Below are positions 1 through 10,285 of a DNA stretch of 64,000 nt, one piece after another. The notes under the pieces are model-generated. The model did not search any database, was not told the DNA's origin, and saw only the letters and a list, made by a program, of their open reading frames with translations. The DNA is taken from contig OY781089.1 in NCBI GenBank assembly GCA_963676565.1, forward strand, positions 384,001 through 448,000, written 5' to 3'. Made by a program: the position numbers and the translations under genes. This DNA is from Halarcobacter sp. Lineage in GTDB: Bacteria; Campylobacterota; Campylobacteria; Campylobacterales; Arcobacteraceae. The stretch's first letter is position 1. Every line of letters begins with the position of its first letter.

Positions 1-2466
1 GATGCAAGTGATACTAGAAACTGGAATAGCGGTTATGGCTTTAAACAAATAGGAGATCAATCTACAAATAATATAGATACAAGATTTACAGGAAACTTTG
101 ATGGTAAAGGCTATATTATAGATGGCCTTTATATCAATAGACCTAGTGAAAATAATGTAGGGTTATTTGGTTATACTACTAATGGTGCAAAAATATCAAA
201 TCTGGGACTTACAAACCTTTACATAAGAGGAAATGAGGAGGTTGGTGGTCTTATAGGTAGAAGTTATTCTAATACTTTAGTTTCAAACTCTTATGTTACT
301 GGAAAAGTTATCGGTCGTGGCAATGTAGGAGGTTTAATAGGACTTACTTATTATACTACGATTAATAATTCCTATACAAACACAACATTAAGTGCAAGCT
401 ACAATATAGGAGGGCTTGTTGGATATGTAGAACAAAACTTAAATATCAACAACTCCTATGCTATAGGAAAGATAAGTGGAAGTTTTAATGTTGGAGGGTT
501 AGTTGGTTTTATTCAGGTTAGATCCCCTATCACAAACTCATACTGGGATATAGACACCACAGGAGTGACAAGTGGTGTAGGGGAAGGTCCATACTCAGGA
601 AGTTTTGTAGGAATCTATAGCTCTACCAACACTGTAAACGCCTTCAATCAAGCAACTTACGCAGGCTTTGATTTTACCAATGATTGGTTTATGATTGAAG
701 GTGAGACAAGACCTTTTTTAAGAAGTGAATACTCTACTACTATCACAAATGACCATCAACTCCAACTTATGGCTATGAACTTAAGTGCAGACTATACTTT
801 AGCCAATGATATAAAATACACAGGCGATATGTGGAGCTCTAAAGGGTTTGACCCTATTGGAACTAACGCTACTAGATTCACAGGAAGCTTTGATGGCTTA
901 GGCCATACGATAAGTGATGTACTTATCAATAGACCAACTACTGATGATGTAGGTCTATTTGGTCATACAAATGCAGGTTCACTTATCCAAAACGTTGGTC
1001 TTGTTGGTGGGAGTGTGAAAGGAAAGAATAGTGTCGGTGGTCTTGTTGGAAAACATAGAGGAACCATTACAAACTCTTATGCTACGGGGAGTGTGGATGG
1101 ACAGAATGATGTTGGTGGTCTTGTTGGAGAAAACATAGAAACCATTCAAAACTCTTATGCTGCAGGGAGTGTAAGTGGCATTAGTAGTGTTGGTGGTCTT
1201 GTTGGATTCGATATGTATGGAACCATTGAAAACTCTTATGCTTCGGGAAGTGTAAGTGGAACTAATAATGTTGGTGGTCTTATTGGAGCGGCTATGTCGA
1301 GCCCCACTACAGACTCCTACTGGGATATAGGTACCACAGGGCAAACTTCAAGTAGTGGTGGTGGCACAGGCTTAACCACAGAGGAGATGCAAGAACAAGC
1401 AAACTTTATAGGCTTTGATTTTACAAATGATTGGATAATCTATGAAGGGCATACTAGACCTCTTTTAAGAGCTTTTATGACAGAAGTGACAGTAAATGCA
1501 GGTGCCACAAGAGATTATAATGGAGAAGTATATACTCCTTCTTTTGATAAGTTAAACTACTCAAAAGAAGTTGATACCTCACTTGTTTTAGGTACTCCTA
1601 ATTTTACAACTACAGGAAATTTAAAAAATGCAGGAACTGCTACAATAAATGTAGATGGGCTGTACTCTTCTCAACAAGGGTATATCATAAACTATGATAC
1701 AGGAACTTTAACTACAAATAAAAAAGATATCACAGTCACTGCAAACTCTAAAACTACTACTTATGATGGTACGATTCAAACTTCAAGTGGCTTTACTGCA
1801 AGCGGTTTAGTAAGTGGAGAAACTGTTGCTGTACTTGATGGAGTGACAGGAGATAGTGTAAGTGGTAAAAATGCAGGGACTTATAATACAAACCTAAGTG
1901 GTACAGATGAAAACTATAATTTAACTTTTCAAAATGGTAGTTTAGTTATCAACAAAAGAGCCTTAAGTTTAGAAGCTTCAAAAGAGTATGATGGAACAGC
2001 TGACCTAACAGGCTTTGTAAGCTTTGGTAATCTGGTAGGAAATGAGACATTAGAGTATGCAGATGCCACTGCAAACTCAAAAAAGTCTGGAAATGATAAC
2101 TTCATTTCCAATATCACTTTAAAAGATGGAGAGAATGGTGGACTTGCTAGTAATTATGAACTTCCATCATTGTTAGCGAACTCTTCAAATAATAGTGTGA
2201 CTATAGGAGCTAAACCTGACTTAACTACTGTTATCACACCCATTGCTAATAAAACAGTATTGACAAATAAAGATATTGATACATTAGTAAAAAATGACAT
2301 AGATATAAAAACAATCTTACAACAAGTAAATAATAATGAATTTTCTCTTATCCCAGGGATTGTAATGAAAGTATTAAATGGTGGAATCAATCTTCCTTTT
2401 GGAAGTAAACAGGAGTTTAATTTAGACAATAATAAAAAAGAAGAGGAAAAAAACAACACTATTTAA
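1..2466 (+). CDS. TpsA-like filamentous haemagglutinin-family exoprotein, 5'-truncated by window edge (GLUG-type repeats, MBG-like domains)
   Basis: Frame 1 reads DASDTRNWNSGYGFKQIGDQ... from base 1, in frame with the 565..2466 ORF; repeated VGGLVG/NSYA motifs; C-terminal ~243 aa shared with the downstream TpsA. Confidence 0.88.
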   Translation, partial: DASDTRNWNSGYGFKQIGDQSTNNIDTRFTGNFDGKGYIIDGLYINRPSENNVGLFGYTTNGAKISNLGLTNLYIRGNEEVGGLIGRSYSNTLVSNSYVTGKVIGRGNVGGLIGLTYYTTINNSYTNTTLSASYNIGGLVGYVEQNLNINNSYAIGKISGSFNVGGLVGFIQVRSPITNSYWDIDTTGVTSGVGEGPYSGSFVGIYSSTNTVNAFNQATYAGFDFTNDWFMIEGETRPFLRSEYSTTITNDHQLQLMAMNLSADYTLANDIKYTGDMWSSKGFDPIGTNATRFTGSFDGLGHTISDVLINRPTTDDVGLFGHTNAGSLIQNVGLVGGSVKGKNSVGGLVGKHRGTITNSYATGSVDGQNDVGGLVGENIETIQNSYAAGSVSGISSVGGLVGFDMYGTIENSYASGSVSGTNNVGGLIGAAMSSPTTDSYWDIGTTGQTSSSGGGTGLTTEEMQEQANFIGFDFTNDWIIYEGHTRPLLRAFMTEVTVNAGATRDYNGEVYTPSFDKLNYSKEVDTSLVLGTPNFTTTGNLKNAGTATINVDGLYSSQQGYIINYDTGTLTTNKKDITVTANSKTTTYDGTIQTSSGFTASGLVSGETVAVLDGVTGDSVSGKNAGTYNTNLSGTDENYNLTFQNGSLVINKRALSLEASKEYDGTADLTGFVSFGNLVGNETLEYADATANSKKSGNDNFISNITLKDGENGGLASNYELPSLLANSSNNSVTIGAKPDLTTVITPIANKTVLTNKDIDTLVKNDIDIKTILQQVNNNEFSLIPGIVMKVLNGGINLPFGSKQEFNLDNNKKEEEKNNTI
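1719..2450 (+). repeat. Direct repeat copy 1 (~732 bp), 3' end of tpsA1
   Basis: Reads identical by eye to 5266..5997 (offset 3547; identical antisense ORFs at 1929..2117 and 5476..5664). Confidence 0.93.
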
Positions 2467-2500
2467 GAAAAAAGTAACACAAGAAATAACGATAGCTAAA

Positions 2501-2545
2501 TATAATACTTAAATATAAGAAAAAAAGTTTTTTTATGTTTAAGGA
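2501..2545 (+). promoter_or_regulatory. Putative sigma70 -10 (TATAAT 2501-2506) and RBS (AAGGA 2541-2545) for tpsA2
   Basis: Consensus matches in the 85-bp intergenic gap. Confidence 0.5.
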
Positions 2546-2551
2546 TATATC

Positions 2552-5500
2552 ATGAAATTAAATCACAACTATTCTTCACGTTTTAGAATACTAAAAGGTG
2601 GGAAGATAAGCTTAGTAGTAAGTGCTTTATTAGGAAGTGTAACTCTAAGCTTTGCAGCTCCTAGTGGTGGTACAGTTACTAGTGGTGTTGCAAATATTTC
2701 TCAAAGTGGAAATACAACCAATATAAACCAATCCACACAAAAAGCTAGTATAAACTGGAATAAGTTTAATATAGCTTCCCATGAAACAGTAAACTTCAAT
2801 CAACCAAATGTAAATAGTATAACTCTCAATAGAGTAATAGGAAATGAAAGAAGTATTATAGATGGTGCACTTAATGCCAATGGTCAAGTTTGGATATTAA
2901 ATTCAAATGGAGTACTCTTTGGTAAAAATGCAAGTATAAATACAGCAGGACTATTAGCTACCACTAAAAATATCTCAGATACTGACTTTCAAAAAGGTAA
3001 CTATACTTTTAATGGAGACTCAACTGAATCTATTATCAACCAAGGTACTATAAAAGTTAAAAATAATGGGTATGTAATCTTTGCTTCAAATGAAGCTAAA
3101 AATAGTGGAACTATTGAAGCAGTAAAAGGAAGAGTACAATTAACAGGAGCAGATGAATATACTTTAAACCTAAATGGTAACTCTTTAGTTGATCTAGTTG
3201 TAGATAAAGGAACATTAGATGCTTTAGTTGAAAACTCTGGAACTATCCTAGCAGATGGTGGAGAGATATATCTAACTACTCATGCAGTTGATGAACTTCT
3301 AAGAGGAGTAGTAAATAATACTGGAATCATAGAAGCTAACTCACTAGATGGTATTTCAGGTCATGTAGAACTCTTTGCTCATGGAGGAGAGGCTAATATA
3401 GCTGGAACTATAAAAGCCAAAGGTGGGTTTGTAGAGACTTCAGGGAAAGAGCTAAATGTAGCTTCAACAACTTCTATAGAAACATCAAAATGGCTTTTAG
3501 ATCCAGTTAATATGACTATAGAATCAACAGGTGGAAGTGATATAACAGGTGCTAGTGTAAGTGCTACTGCTATTACAAATGCTCTTTCTTCTGCTGATGT
3601 AGAACTTAAAGCAGACCAAGATATCACTGTCAATGAAGATATCACTTGGGGTGATGCTACAAAGCTTAAACTAACAGCAGGTGATGAGATATATGTCAAT
3701 GCAACTATAGAAAATACCAATGCTACTACTGGTGGGGTTTACTTTAATGCAGTTAATAGAAATGCAGCAATAAAGTTTGATGCAACTACTGGAAAAGTTA
3801 TTATAAATAATATCAATCAACTTCAATGGATAAGTCAAGCTTTAAATGGTAATTATGAATTAGGTTCAAACCTTGATGCTAGTGATACAAGAAATTGGAA
3901 TAGTGATGGAAGCGGTGGTTACTATGGATTTAAACAAATAGGGGATAACTCTACAAATAATATAGACACAAGATTTACAGGAAATTTTGATGGTAAAGGT
4001 TATGTTATAGATGGCTTGTATATCAATAGAGATGTTGAAGGTTATGTAGGGTTGTTTGGTTATACAATTAATGGTGCAAAAATATCAAATGTGGGACTTA
4101 CCAATATTGATATTACAGCAAATAAGTATGTGGGAGGATTAGTTGGATGGAATAATAATTCAACTATCACAAACTCATTTACTACAGGAAAGGTAACTGG
4201 TCATGATGGATATATAGGAGGATTAGCTGGAGAGGATAGATACTCAACAACCACAAACTCATATGCTTTAGTAGATGTAACAGGATATTATTTTGTAGGA
4301 GGATTAGTTGGATATACTAGAGAGTCAACTATCTCAAAGTCATATTATGCGGTAGGAAAGGTAATTAAGGATGGAATTGAAGTAGGAGGATTATTAGTTG
4401 GAGGTTTTACTGTTTCAAACATCTCGAACTCTTATATTACTAATTCCTTTAATGAATCAACTTACGCCGGCTTTGATTTTACTAATGATTGGATCATCTA
4501 TGAAGGTCATACAAGACCTCTTCTAAGAGTATTTATGACAGAACTTACTGTAAAAGCAAATGATGTTACAAGAACTTATGATGGTACCACTTATAATGGA
4601 AGTGCAGGAGTAACTTATTCTATCCCAACTTACGATAGCTCTTTAGTAAATGGTACACTAAACTACACTTCAAGTGATGATTTAAAAAATACTGGAACTG
4701 CTACAATTAACTTAGATGGTTTATACTCTTCTCAACAAGGATATATTATAAACTATGATACAGGTACTTTAACTACAAATAAAAAAGATATCACTATAAA
4801 CTACACAGCTGATAATAAAGTTTATGATGGAACAACAAATGCCATTGTAAATGGAACATTAGCTGGTGTTATTTTTGGAGATACTGTAGCTTTTTCAAAT
4901 ACTTCTGCGAACTTTACCGATAAAAATGCAGCTACTGGAAAAACTGTAAATATCTCTGGTATCACTTTAAGTGGAGTTGATTCAGGTAACTATACTATTT
5001 CTTCTTCAAATTCTGCAACAGCTAATATCTCTAAAAAAGATATAACAGTCACTGCAAATTCAAATACTACCACTTATGATGGAACGGTACACAACATAAG
5101 TGGATTTACTGCAAGTGGTTTAGTAGGTGGAGAAACTATAGCTGTACTTGATGGAGTTACAGGAGATAGTGCAAGTGGTAAAAATGCAGGTACATATAAT
5201 ACAAACCTAAGTGGTACAGATGAAAACTACAACATCACTTTTGTAGATGGTAGTTTAGTTATCTCTAAAAAAGATATCACAGTCACTGCAAACTCTAAAA
5301 CTACTACTTATGATGGTACGATTCAAACTTCAAGTGGCTTTACTGCAAGCGGTTTAGTAAGTGGAGAAACTGTTGCTGTACTTGATGGAGTGACAGGAGA
5401 TAGTGTAAGTGGTAAAAATGCAGGGACTTATAATACAAACCTAAGTGGTACAGATGAAAACTATAATTTAACTTTTCAAAATGGTAGTTTAGTTATCAAC

Positions 5501-6007
5501 AAAAGAGCCTTAAGTTTAGAAGCTTCAAAAGAGTATGATGGAACAGCTGACCTAACAGGCTTTGTAAGCTTTGGTAATCTGGTAGGAAATGAGACATTAG
5601 AGTATGCAGATGCCACTGCAAACTCAAAAAAGTCTGGAAATGATAACTTCATTTCCAATATCACTTTAAAAGATGGAGAGAATGGTGGACTTGCTAGTAA
5701 TTATGAACTTCCATCATTGTTAGCGAACTCTTCAAATAATAGTGTGACTATAGGAGCTAAACCTGACTTAACTACTGTTATCACACCCATTGCTAATAAA
5801 ACAGTATTGACAAATAAAGATATTGATACATTAGTAAAAAATGACATAGATATAAAAACAATCTTACAACAAGTAAATAATAATGAATTTTCTCTTATCC
5901 CAGGGATTGTAATGAAAGTATTAAATGGTGGAATCAATCTTCCTTTTGGAAGTAAACAGGAGTTTAATTTAGACAATAATAAAAAAGAAGAGGAAAATAC
6001 AATATGA
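2552..6007 (+). CDS. TpsA two-partner secretion exoprotein (haemagglutination-activity/TPS domain, GLUG, YDG, MBG repeats)
   Basis: Signal peptide ending LSFA-A; TPS domain WNKFNI..ETVNFNQP..LNRV.G..S.IDGALNANGQVWILNSNG; KVYDGTT (YDG) repeat; adjacent tpsB. Confidence 0.92.
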   Translation: MKLNHNYSSRFRILKGGKISLVVSALLGSVTLSFAAPSGGTVTSGVANISQSGNTTNINQSTQKASINWNKFNIASHETVNFNQPNVNSITLNRVIGNERSIIDGALNANGQVWILNSNGVLFGKNASINTAGLLATTKNISDTDFQKGNYTFNGDSTESIINQGTIKVKNNGYVIFASNEAKNSGTIEAVKGRVQLTGADEYTLNLNGNSLVDLVVDKGTLDALVENSGTILADGGEIYLTTHAVDELLRGVVNNTGIIEANSLDGISGHVELFAHGGEANIAGTIKAKGGFVETSGKELNVASTTSIETSKWLLDPVNMTIESTGGSDITGASVSATAITNALSSADVELKADQDITVNEDITWGDATKLKLTAGDEIYVNATIENTNATTGGVYFNAVNRNAAIKFDATTGKVIINNINQLQWISQALNGNYELGSNLDASDTRNWNSDGSGGYYGFKQIGDNSTNNIDTRFTGNFDGKGYVIDGLYINRDVEGYVGLFGYTINGAKISNVGLTNIDITANKYVGGLVGWNNNSTITNSFTTGKVTGHDGYIGGLAGEDRYSTTTNSYALVDVTGYYFVGGLVGYTRESTISKSYYAVGKVIKDGIEVGGLLVGGFTVSNISNSYITNSFNESTYAGFDFTNDWIIYEGHTRPLLRVFMTELTVKANDVTRTYDGTTYNGSAGVTYSIPTYDSSLVNGTLNYTSSDDLKNTGTATINLDGLYSSQQGYIINYDTGTLTTNKKDITINYTADNKVYDGTTNAIVNGTLAGVIFGDTVAFSNTSANFTDKNAATGKTVNISGITLSGVDSGNYTISSSNSATANISKKDITVTANSNTTTYDGTVHNISGFTASGLVGGETIAVLDGVTGDSASGKNAGTYNTNLSGTDENYNITFVDGSLVISKKDITVTANSKTTTYDGTIQTSSGFTASGLVSGETVAVLDGVTGDSVSGKNAGTYNTNLSGTDENYNLTFQNGSLVINKRALSLEASKEYDGTADLTGFVSFGNLVGNETLEYADATANSKKSGNDNFISNITLKDGENGGLASNYELPSLLANSSNNSVTIGAKPDLTTVITPIANKTVLTNKDIDTLVKNDIDIKTILQQVNNNEFSLIPGIVMKVLNGGINLPFGSKQEFNLDNNKKEEENTI
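5027..5499 (+). repeat. Tandem 234-bp (78 aa) internal MBG-like domain repeat in tpsA2
   Basis: KKDITVTANS...GKNAGTYNTNLSGTDENYN...GSLVI occurs twice, units starting ~5027 and ~5261. Confidence 0.85.
5266..5997 (+). repeat. Direct repeat copy 2 (~732 bp), 3' end of tpsA2
   Basis: Matches 1719..2450. Confidence 0.93.
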
Positions 6008-7671
6008 AAAAAACATCAATACTATTAGCTACAACATTAAGTCTGTATTCAGCACCCGTACCAAATATCGGTGATGTTTTAAAAGAGGTAAAACCTCCAC
6101 AAATAGAAAAGAAAAAAGAGCTTCTCCCTCCACTTCAACAAGAGAGTGAAGAGTATAAAAAAAGTTTTAAAGATGGTAGAAAAATTTTTATTAAAAGTTA
6201 TTCAATAAATGGAAATACTCAACTAAGCACTAAAAAACTACAGACTGTTTTAAAACCTTATGAAGCTAAAAACTTAAACTTTAAAGAGATTCAAGAGATA
6301 GTAAGTCTTATTACAAAAACCTATAGAGATGAGGGATATTTTGTAGCAAGAGCTTATATCCCTACTCAAGATTTACAAGCACAAGATGGAGTACTTAAAA
6401 TATCAATTATAGAAGGGAAGTATGGAGAGTTTAAATTAGAAAACAGTTCATTAGTCAAAGACTCTATCTTACAAGATAAACTTGATGTTACAAAAACAAA
6501 AAAAGTAATAGCTATAAAAGATTTACAAAGAGCACTACTTTTAATCAATGATACCCCAGGAGTAAAAGTAAGTAATACAAAAATTGCTGCTGGGAAAGAA
6601 GTGGGTACAAGTGACTTTATAATAGGAACACAAACCACTCAACCATATAATGGATATGTTATTGCTGATAACTATGGTTCTAAATATACTGGTAAACATA
6701 GAGTTATGGCAGGTGTAGATATAAACTCTCCTTTTAAAATTGGAGATAAAATTTCTTTGTCTGCTTTAAGTTCTGAAGACATGGGCTTATTAAATGGAAG
6801 AGTAGGATATGAATTCCCAATATATAAAAATGGATTAAAGGGTGAAATAAGTTATTCTAAAACTACTTATGAATTAGGAGACAAATATAAAAACCTTGAT
6901 GCCTTAGGTCATGCTGATAGTTTTGTTGCTTTATTTACTTATCCAATTATTCGTTCTAATAGTGAAAACCTAAATACATATTTAAGAACATCGTATAATA
7001 AAATGAATGATAAGATTCAAGCTATCTCTTCAGATATAGAAAAAAATACTCTTGTAGCTAAAATTGGACTAGATTATTTAAAAAATCATCTTATTTATGA
7101 CAAGTATTCACAAACAAAAATGGACGTATCCCTTTCTCTTGGTAGATTAGAGTTTAAATATGCAGTTGATAAAGCAGATGATGAAGCTGGAGCAAATACA
7201 AATGGGAATTTCTCAAAAATAAATATTGAGTTAGAAAACAATACTTTAATTAATGATAAAATAAACTGGAAAAACAAGATTCAACTTCAATATGCTCTTG
7301 GAAATAAAAATCTTGATGGAAGTGAAGACTTCAGTTTAGGAGGAATAAATGGAGTTAAATTTTATCCTAGTGGAGAAGAGAGTGCTGAAAATGGCTATAT
7401 TTATACTACTGAGTTAACTTATACTTTACCTTCATTTAATAACTTAAACTCAAAAATTGGTATGTTCTATGATGTGGGAAGAGTATCTATGAGTAGAGAT
7501 ATAACAAATGAAAAAAATAGAACTTTACAAGATGCAGGTATTAGTTATTCTGGTTCTTATAAAGATTTCTTTGTAAATTCATATCTAGCATATAAAATTG
7601 GTGGTGCTGAAGTTACAAGTAGAGATGACTATGATTCTCGGTTTATGTTTCAAGCTGGTTGGGTGTTTTAA
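6004..7671 (+). CDS. TpsB (ShlB/FhaC/HecB family) outer-membrane transporter
   Basis: POTRA motif YRDEGYFVARAYIPTQ, DNYGSKYTG, LGGINGVKFY (VRGY-like), C-terminal Phe; ATGA overlap with tpsA2. Confidence 0.93.
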   Translation: MKKTSILLATTLSLYSAPVPNIGDVLKEVKPPQIEKKKELLPPLQQESEEYKKSFKDGRKIFIKSYSINGNTQLSTKKLQTVLKPYEAKNLNFKEIQEIVSLITKTYRDEGYFVARAYIPTQDLQAQDGVLKISIIEGKYGEFKLENSSLVKDSILQDKLDVTKTKKVIAIKDLQRALLLINDTPGVKVSNTKIAAGKEVGTSDFIIGTQTTQPYNGYVIADNYGSKYTGKHRVMAGVDINSPFKIGDKISLSALSSEDMGLLNGRVGYEFPIYKNGLKGEISYSKTTYELGDKYKNLDALGHADSFVALFTYPIIRSNSENLNTYLRTSYNKMNDKIQAISSDIEKNTLVAKIGLDYLKNHLIYDKYSQTKMDVSLSLGRLEFKYAVDKADDEAGANTNGNFSKINIELENNTLINDKINWKNKIQLQYALGNKNLDGSEDFSLGGINGVKFYPSGEESAENGYIYTTELTYTLPSFNNLNSKIGMFYDVGRVSMSRDITNEKNRTLQDAGISYSGSYKDFFVNSYLAYKIGGAEVTSRDDYDSRFMFQAGWVF

Positions 7672-7728
7672 CGCTCCCTACTCCCATTTTATTAAAGATA
7701 TATGCAATTCTATTTGTATCGTTGGCAA

Positions 7729-7756
7729 GTAAGAAAACCTAAATAGGTTTTCTTAC
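7729..7756. terminator. Inverted repeat between convergent tpsB and antiporter, overlapping the antiporter stop
   Basis: GTAAGAAAACCT-AAAT-AGGTTTTCTTAC. Confidence 0.65.
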
Positions 7757-8917
7757 ATTCTCTTTCTCACTACTTTTCAAAAAATTCGCAACAATTCTAA
7801 TTAATATCATCACAACTAAAACCTCAATGATAGCAGCTAAGATAAAAGCATAATAATAAAATTGTGTAATAGAATGGGTATGATAAGCTAAAGTTGCAAC
7901 GGCAATTAAAAGTGTAATTGGCATCGAGTGGGAAAATCCAATCATAAAGAACTTATTCCATCCCATCTCTTTAATAAACAACATTGAAGCAACAAATCTA
8001 ATTCCTACCATAGCTACAACGATTAAAATTGCAGTTACAAGCAATCCATCTTGTAATAAAGCATCCAATTCAAAAGAAGCTCCAACAGAGATAAAGAAAA
8101 TAGGAACTAACCACCCAAATCCAAAGTGTTCTAGTTTATGTGAAAGTTTCTTATTGTGTTTTTCAAAAAATGTCGTAATAAATGTACCAGCTATAAATGC
8201 CCCAAAGGCAACTTTTAGATGTAATGCCATCATAACAGCAATCATTAAAAAGAAGATTGCCATAGATACTCTAATATCTTGTTCTTGGTGATCTTGTTCA
8301 GGCATAAGTAAAGCTTTTATTTCAGGGAACCACCAAATTAGATTATGAAATAGTTTGTATATAAATACCATAGAAATTAAAAAAGCGATAAATAAAACCA
8401 TTGTTTTGTAAAACTCAATATTTATACCAAACTCTAAAGCAGCTGATACTGTTGTAAGAGCAAAAATTGAGACAATTTCACCAATAAGACCAACAGTAAT
8501 TGAAAGCTTAATCCAATCAACATCGCCATACTCTTTTTTCAAAGCAGCTAATAAACCAATTGAAATAAGAGGTAACACAACTATAAAAATTAGCCCAAGA
8601 TCTAAATAAATAGCAATTAATGCAGATAGTGAGAATAAAATCACATTATAAAGTATTGATTTTCTTAAAATTGTATTTGATATAGTCATAAGCTTTTTTA
8701 AATCAACTTCAAGACCTGCTAGAAACATCAGATATAAAAAACCTAATTCAGCAACAAGTTCTAAAACAGCATGCTCTGTAATAAAAGCAAAATATGCAGC
8801 TAAAGCCCCTAACATTATCTCAATAGTAATAGTAGGAAGCTTTATAAACTTTGATATTAATGGTGAAGAAAATATTATCAAAGATATAGTGATAATGATT
8901 AATATTTCTTCAGTCAT
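7739..8917 (-). CDS. Cation:proton antiporter (CPA2/NapA-like)
   Basis: Many TM segments; AELGFLYLMFLAGLEVD, GAFIAG, PIFFISVG motifs. Confidence 0.88.
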   Translation of the reverse strand: MTEEILIIITISLIIFSSPLISKFIKLPTITIEIMLGALAAYFAFITEHAVLELVAELGFLYLMFLAGLEVDLKKLMTISNTILRKSILYNVILFSLSALIAIYLDLGLIFIVVLPLISIGLLAALKKEYGDVDWIKLSITVGLIGEIVSIFALTTVSAALEFGINIEFYKTMVLFIAFLISMVFIYKLFHNLIWWFPEIKALLMPEQDHQEQDIRVSMAIFFLMIAVMMALHLKVAFGAFIAGTFITTFFEKHNKKLSHKLEHFGFGWLVPIFFISVGASFELDALLQDGLLVTAILIVVAMVGIRFVASMLFIKEMGWNKFFMIGFSHSMPITLLIAVATLAYHTHSITQFYYYAFILAAIIEVLVVMILIRIVANFLKSSEKENVRKPI

Positions 8918-8926
8918 TATTTAGTC

Positions 8927-9775
8927 CTAGTTTATTTCTCTAGTAATAGAAAAACCTAATTTTTCAAGCTCTTTAATATCATCTTGTGGAGATTTACCAG
9001 CAGTTGTTAAGTAATCACCTATAACAAAGGCATTTGCACCTTTTTCAAAGATTTTATACTCTTCATCACCAAACATCAATTCTCTTCCACCCGCAACCAT
9101 AATCTTCATTGCATTTGGAACCATTTTTCTTGTTAATGTAATTAGCTCAAAAGCCTCTTCTCTTGTTATTGAATTTTCAACTATTGGTAAAGCTTTATTT
9201 GGGTGGAAAAAATTAATTGGAACATTCATAGGCTCCAATGATGCAATAGATTCAAGCATTGATACTCTTTGCTCTTGAGTTTCACCTAATCCAAAAATTC
9301 CTCCACAAACAAGTCTTAGACCAACTTGTTTTACATTCTTACAAGTTTGATATCTTTCATCCCAAGTATGTGTTGTAACAATCTCAGGATAAAAATCCCT
9401 TGATGTTTCCAAGTTATGATTATATGCATCAACACCAGCTTCTTTTAAAGTTTCTAGTTGCTCTACACTTGCAGTACCATTACATGCAATTAAAATCAAA
9501 CCTAAATTCTCTTTTTTTACTGCTCTTGCTGCTTCACAAACAAAAGCTAATCTTTTATCTGTTAAACCTTTTCCTGCAGTTACAAGACAAAAACCATTTG
9601 CATTATTTGCTCTAGCCCTTTTTGCCTCTTCAACTATTTGATCAATCTGCTTTTGCTTATATCTTTGGATATCAGCTTTATATTTTACACTTTGGGTACA
9701 AAATTTACAATCTTCATTACATGTACCACTTTCAATATTACAAATCGCACATAAAAATATTTGTTCACTTCTCAT
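8927..9775 (-). CDS. bioB: Biotin synthase
   Basis: Radical SAM CNEDCKFC, YNHNLETS, GGIFGLGE, GDYLTT. Confidence 0.96.
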   Translation of the reverse strand: MRSEQIFLCAICNIESGTCNEDCKFCTQSVKYKADIQRYKQKQIDQIVEEAKRARANNANGFCLVTAGKGLTDKRLAFVCEAARAVKKENLGLILIACNGTASVEQLETLKEAGVDAYNHNLETSRDFYPEIVTTHTWDERYQTCKNVKQVGLRLVCGGIFGLGETQEQRVSMLESIASLEPMNVPINFFHPNKALPIVENSITREEAFELITLTRKMVPNAMKIMVAGGRELMFGDEEYKIFEKGANAFVIGDYLTTAGKSPQDDIKELEKLGFSITREIN

Positions 9776-10277
9776 AAATTATCTCTTCTTTTAAAAACTC
9801 TTTTTTATTTATATCCCTTGAGTAATAGTTGATTATATACTCATTATCTTTAATTTCAAGCAACACACATTCGACTAAAGGTTTCTCTCTAGCGCACACT
9901 TCACCGGGATTTAGAAAAAGTGTGTTATTCTTATATTCACTTTCAAAAATGTGTGTATGACCAAAAATCACCACATCACAATCACCTGTCATATAATAAG
10001 GTAAATGCATTAACTTAAAAGTAGTCTCCTTTATCTTGAAAGGATAAGGCTCCTGCTTTATATTATATTTATTGGAAATAGAGATTAACGACATATCATT
10101 ATTTCCAAATACGCTTACATAGGTAAGTCCTGATTCTTCTAATAATTTTAAATTCTCTTCTAAGCACAAATCACCAGCATGGATAAGATACTTAGCACCA
10201 TTCTCTTTTAATAGATCAATCACCTCTTTGGTATATTCTACCTTGAAGTGACTATCCGATAAAACCCCTATTTTCAT
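9765..10277 (-). CDS. YfcE-family metallophosphoesterase
   Basis: SDSH, HAGD, GNND, GHTH, NPGE motifs. Confidence 0.9.
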   Translation of the reverse strand: MKIGVLSDSHFKVEYTKEVIDLLKENGAKYLIHAGDLCLEENLKLLEESGLTYVSVFGNNDMSLISISNKYNIKQEPYPFKIKETTFKLMHLPYYMTGDCDVVIFGHTHIFESEYKNNTLFLNPGEVCAREKPLVECVLLEIKDNEYIINYYSRDINKKEFLKEEIIYEK

Positions 10278-10285
10278 TTTTAAAT

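Noticed and set aside
565..2466. ORF-track start at GTG 565
   Set aside because: The same frame encodes TpsA-like sequence from base 1; the real start lies upstream of the window
1719..5997. Diversity-generating retroelement template/variable repeat, or IS-bounded unit
   Set aside because: No adenine-specific mismatches between the copies, and no reverse transcriptase or transposase in the window
2552..7671. Contact-dependent inhibition (CdiBAI) toxin system
   Set aside because: No VENN/pre-toxin motif, no variable C-terminal toxin domain and no small immunity gene; the C-termini are identical rather than polymorphic
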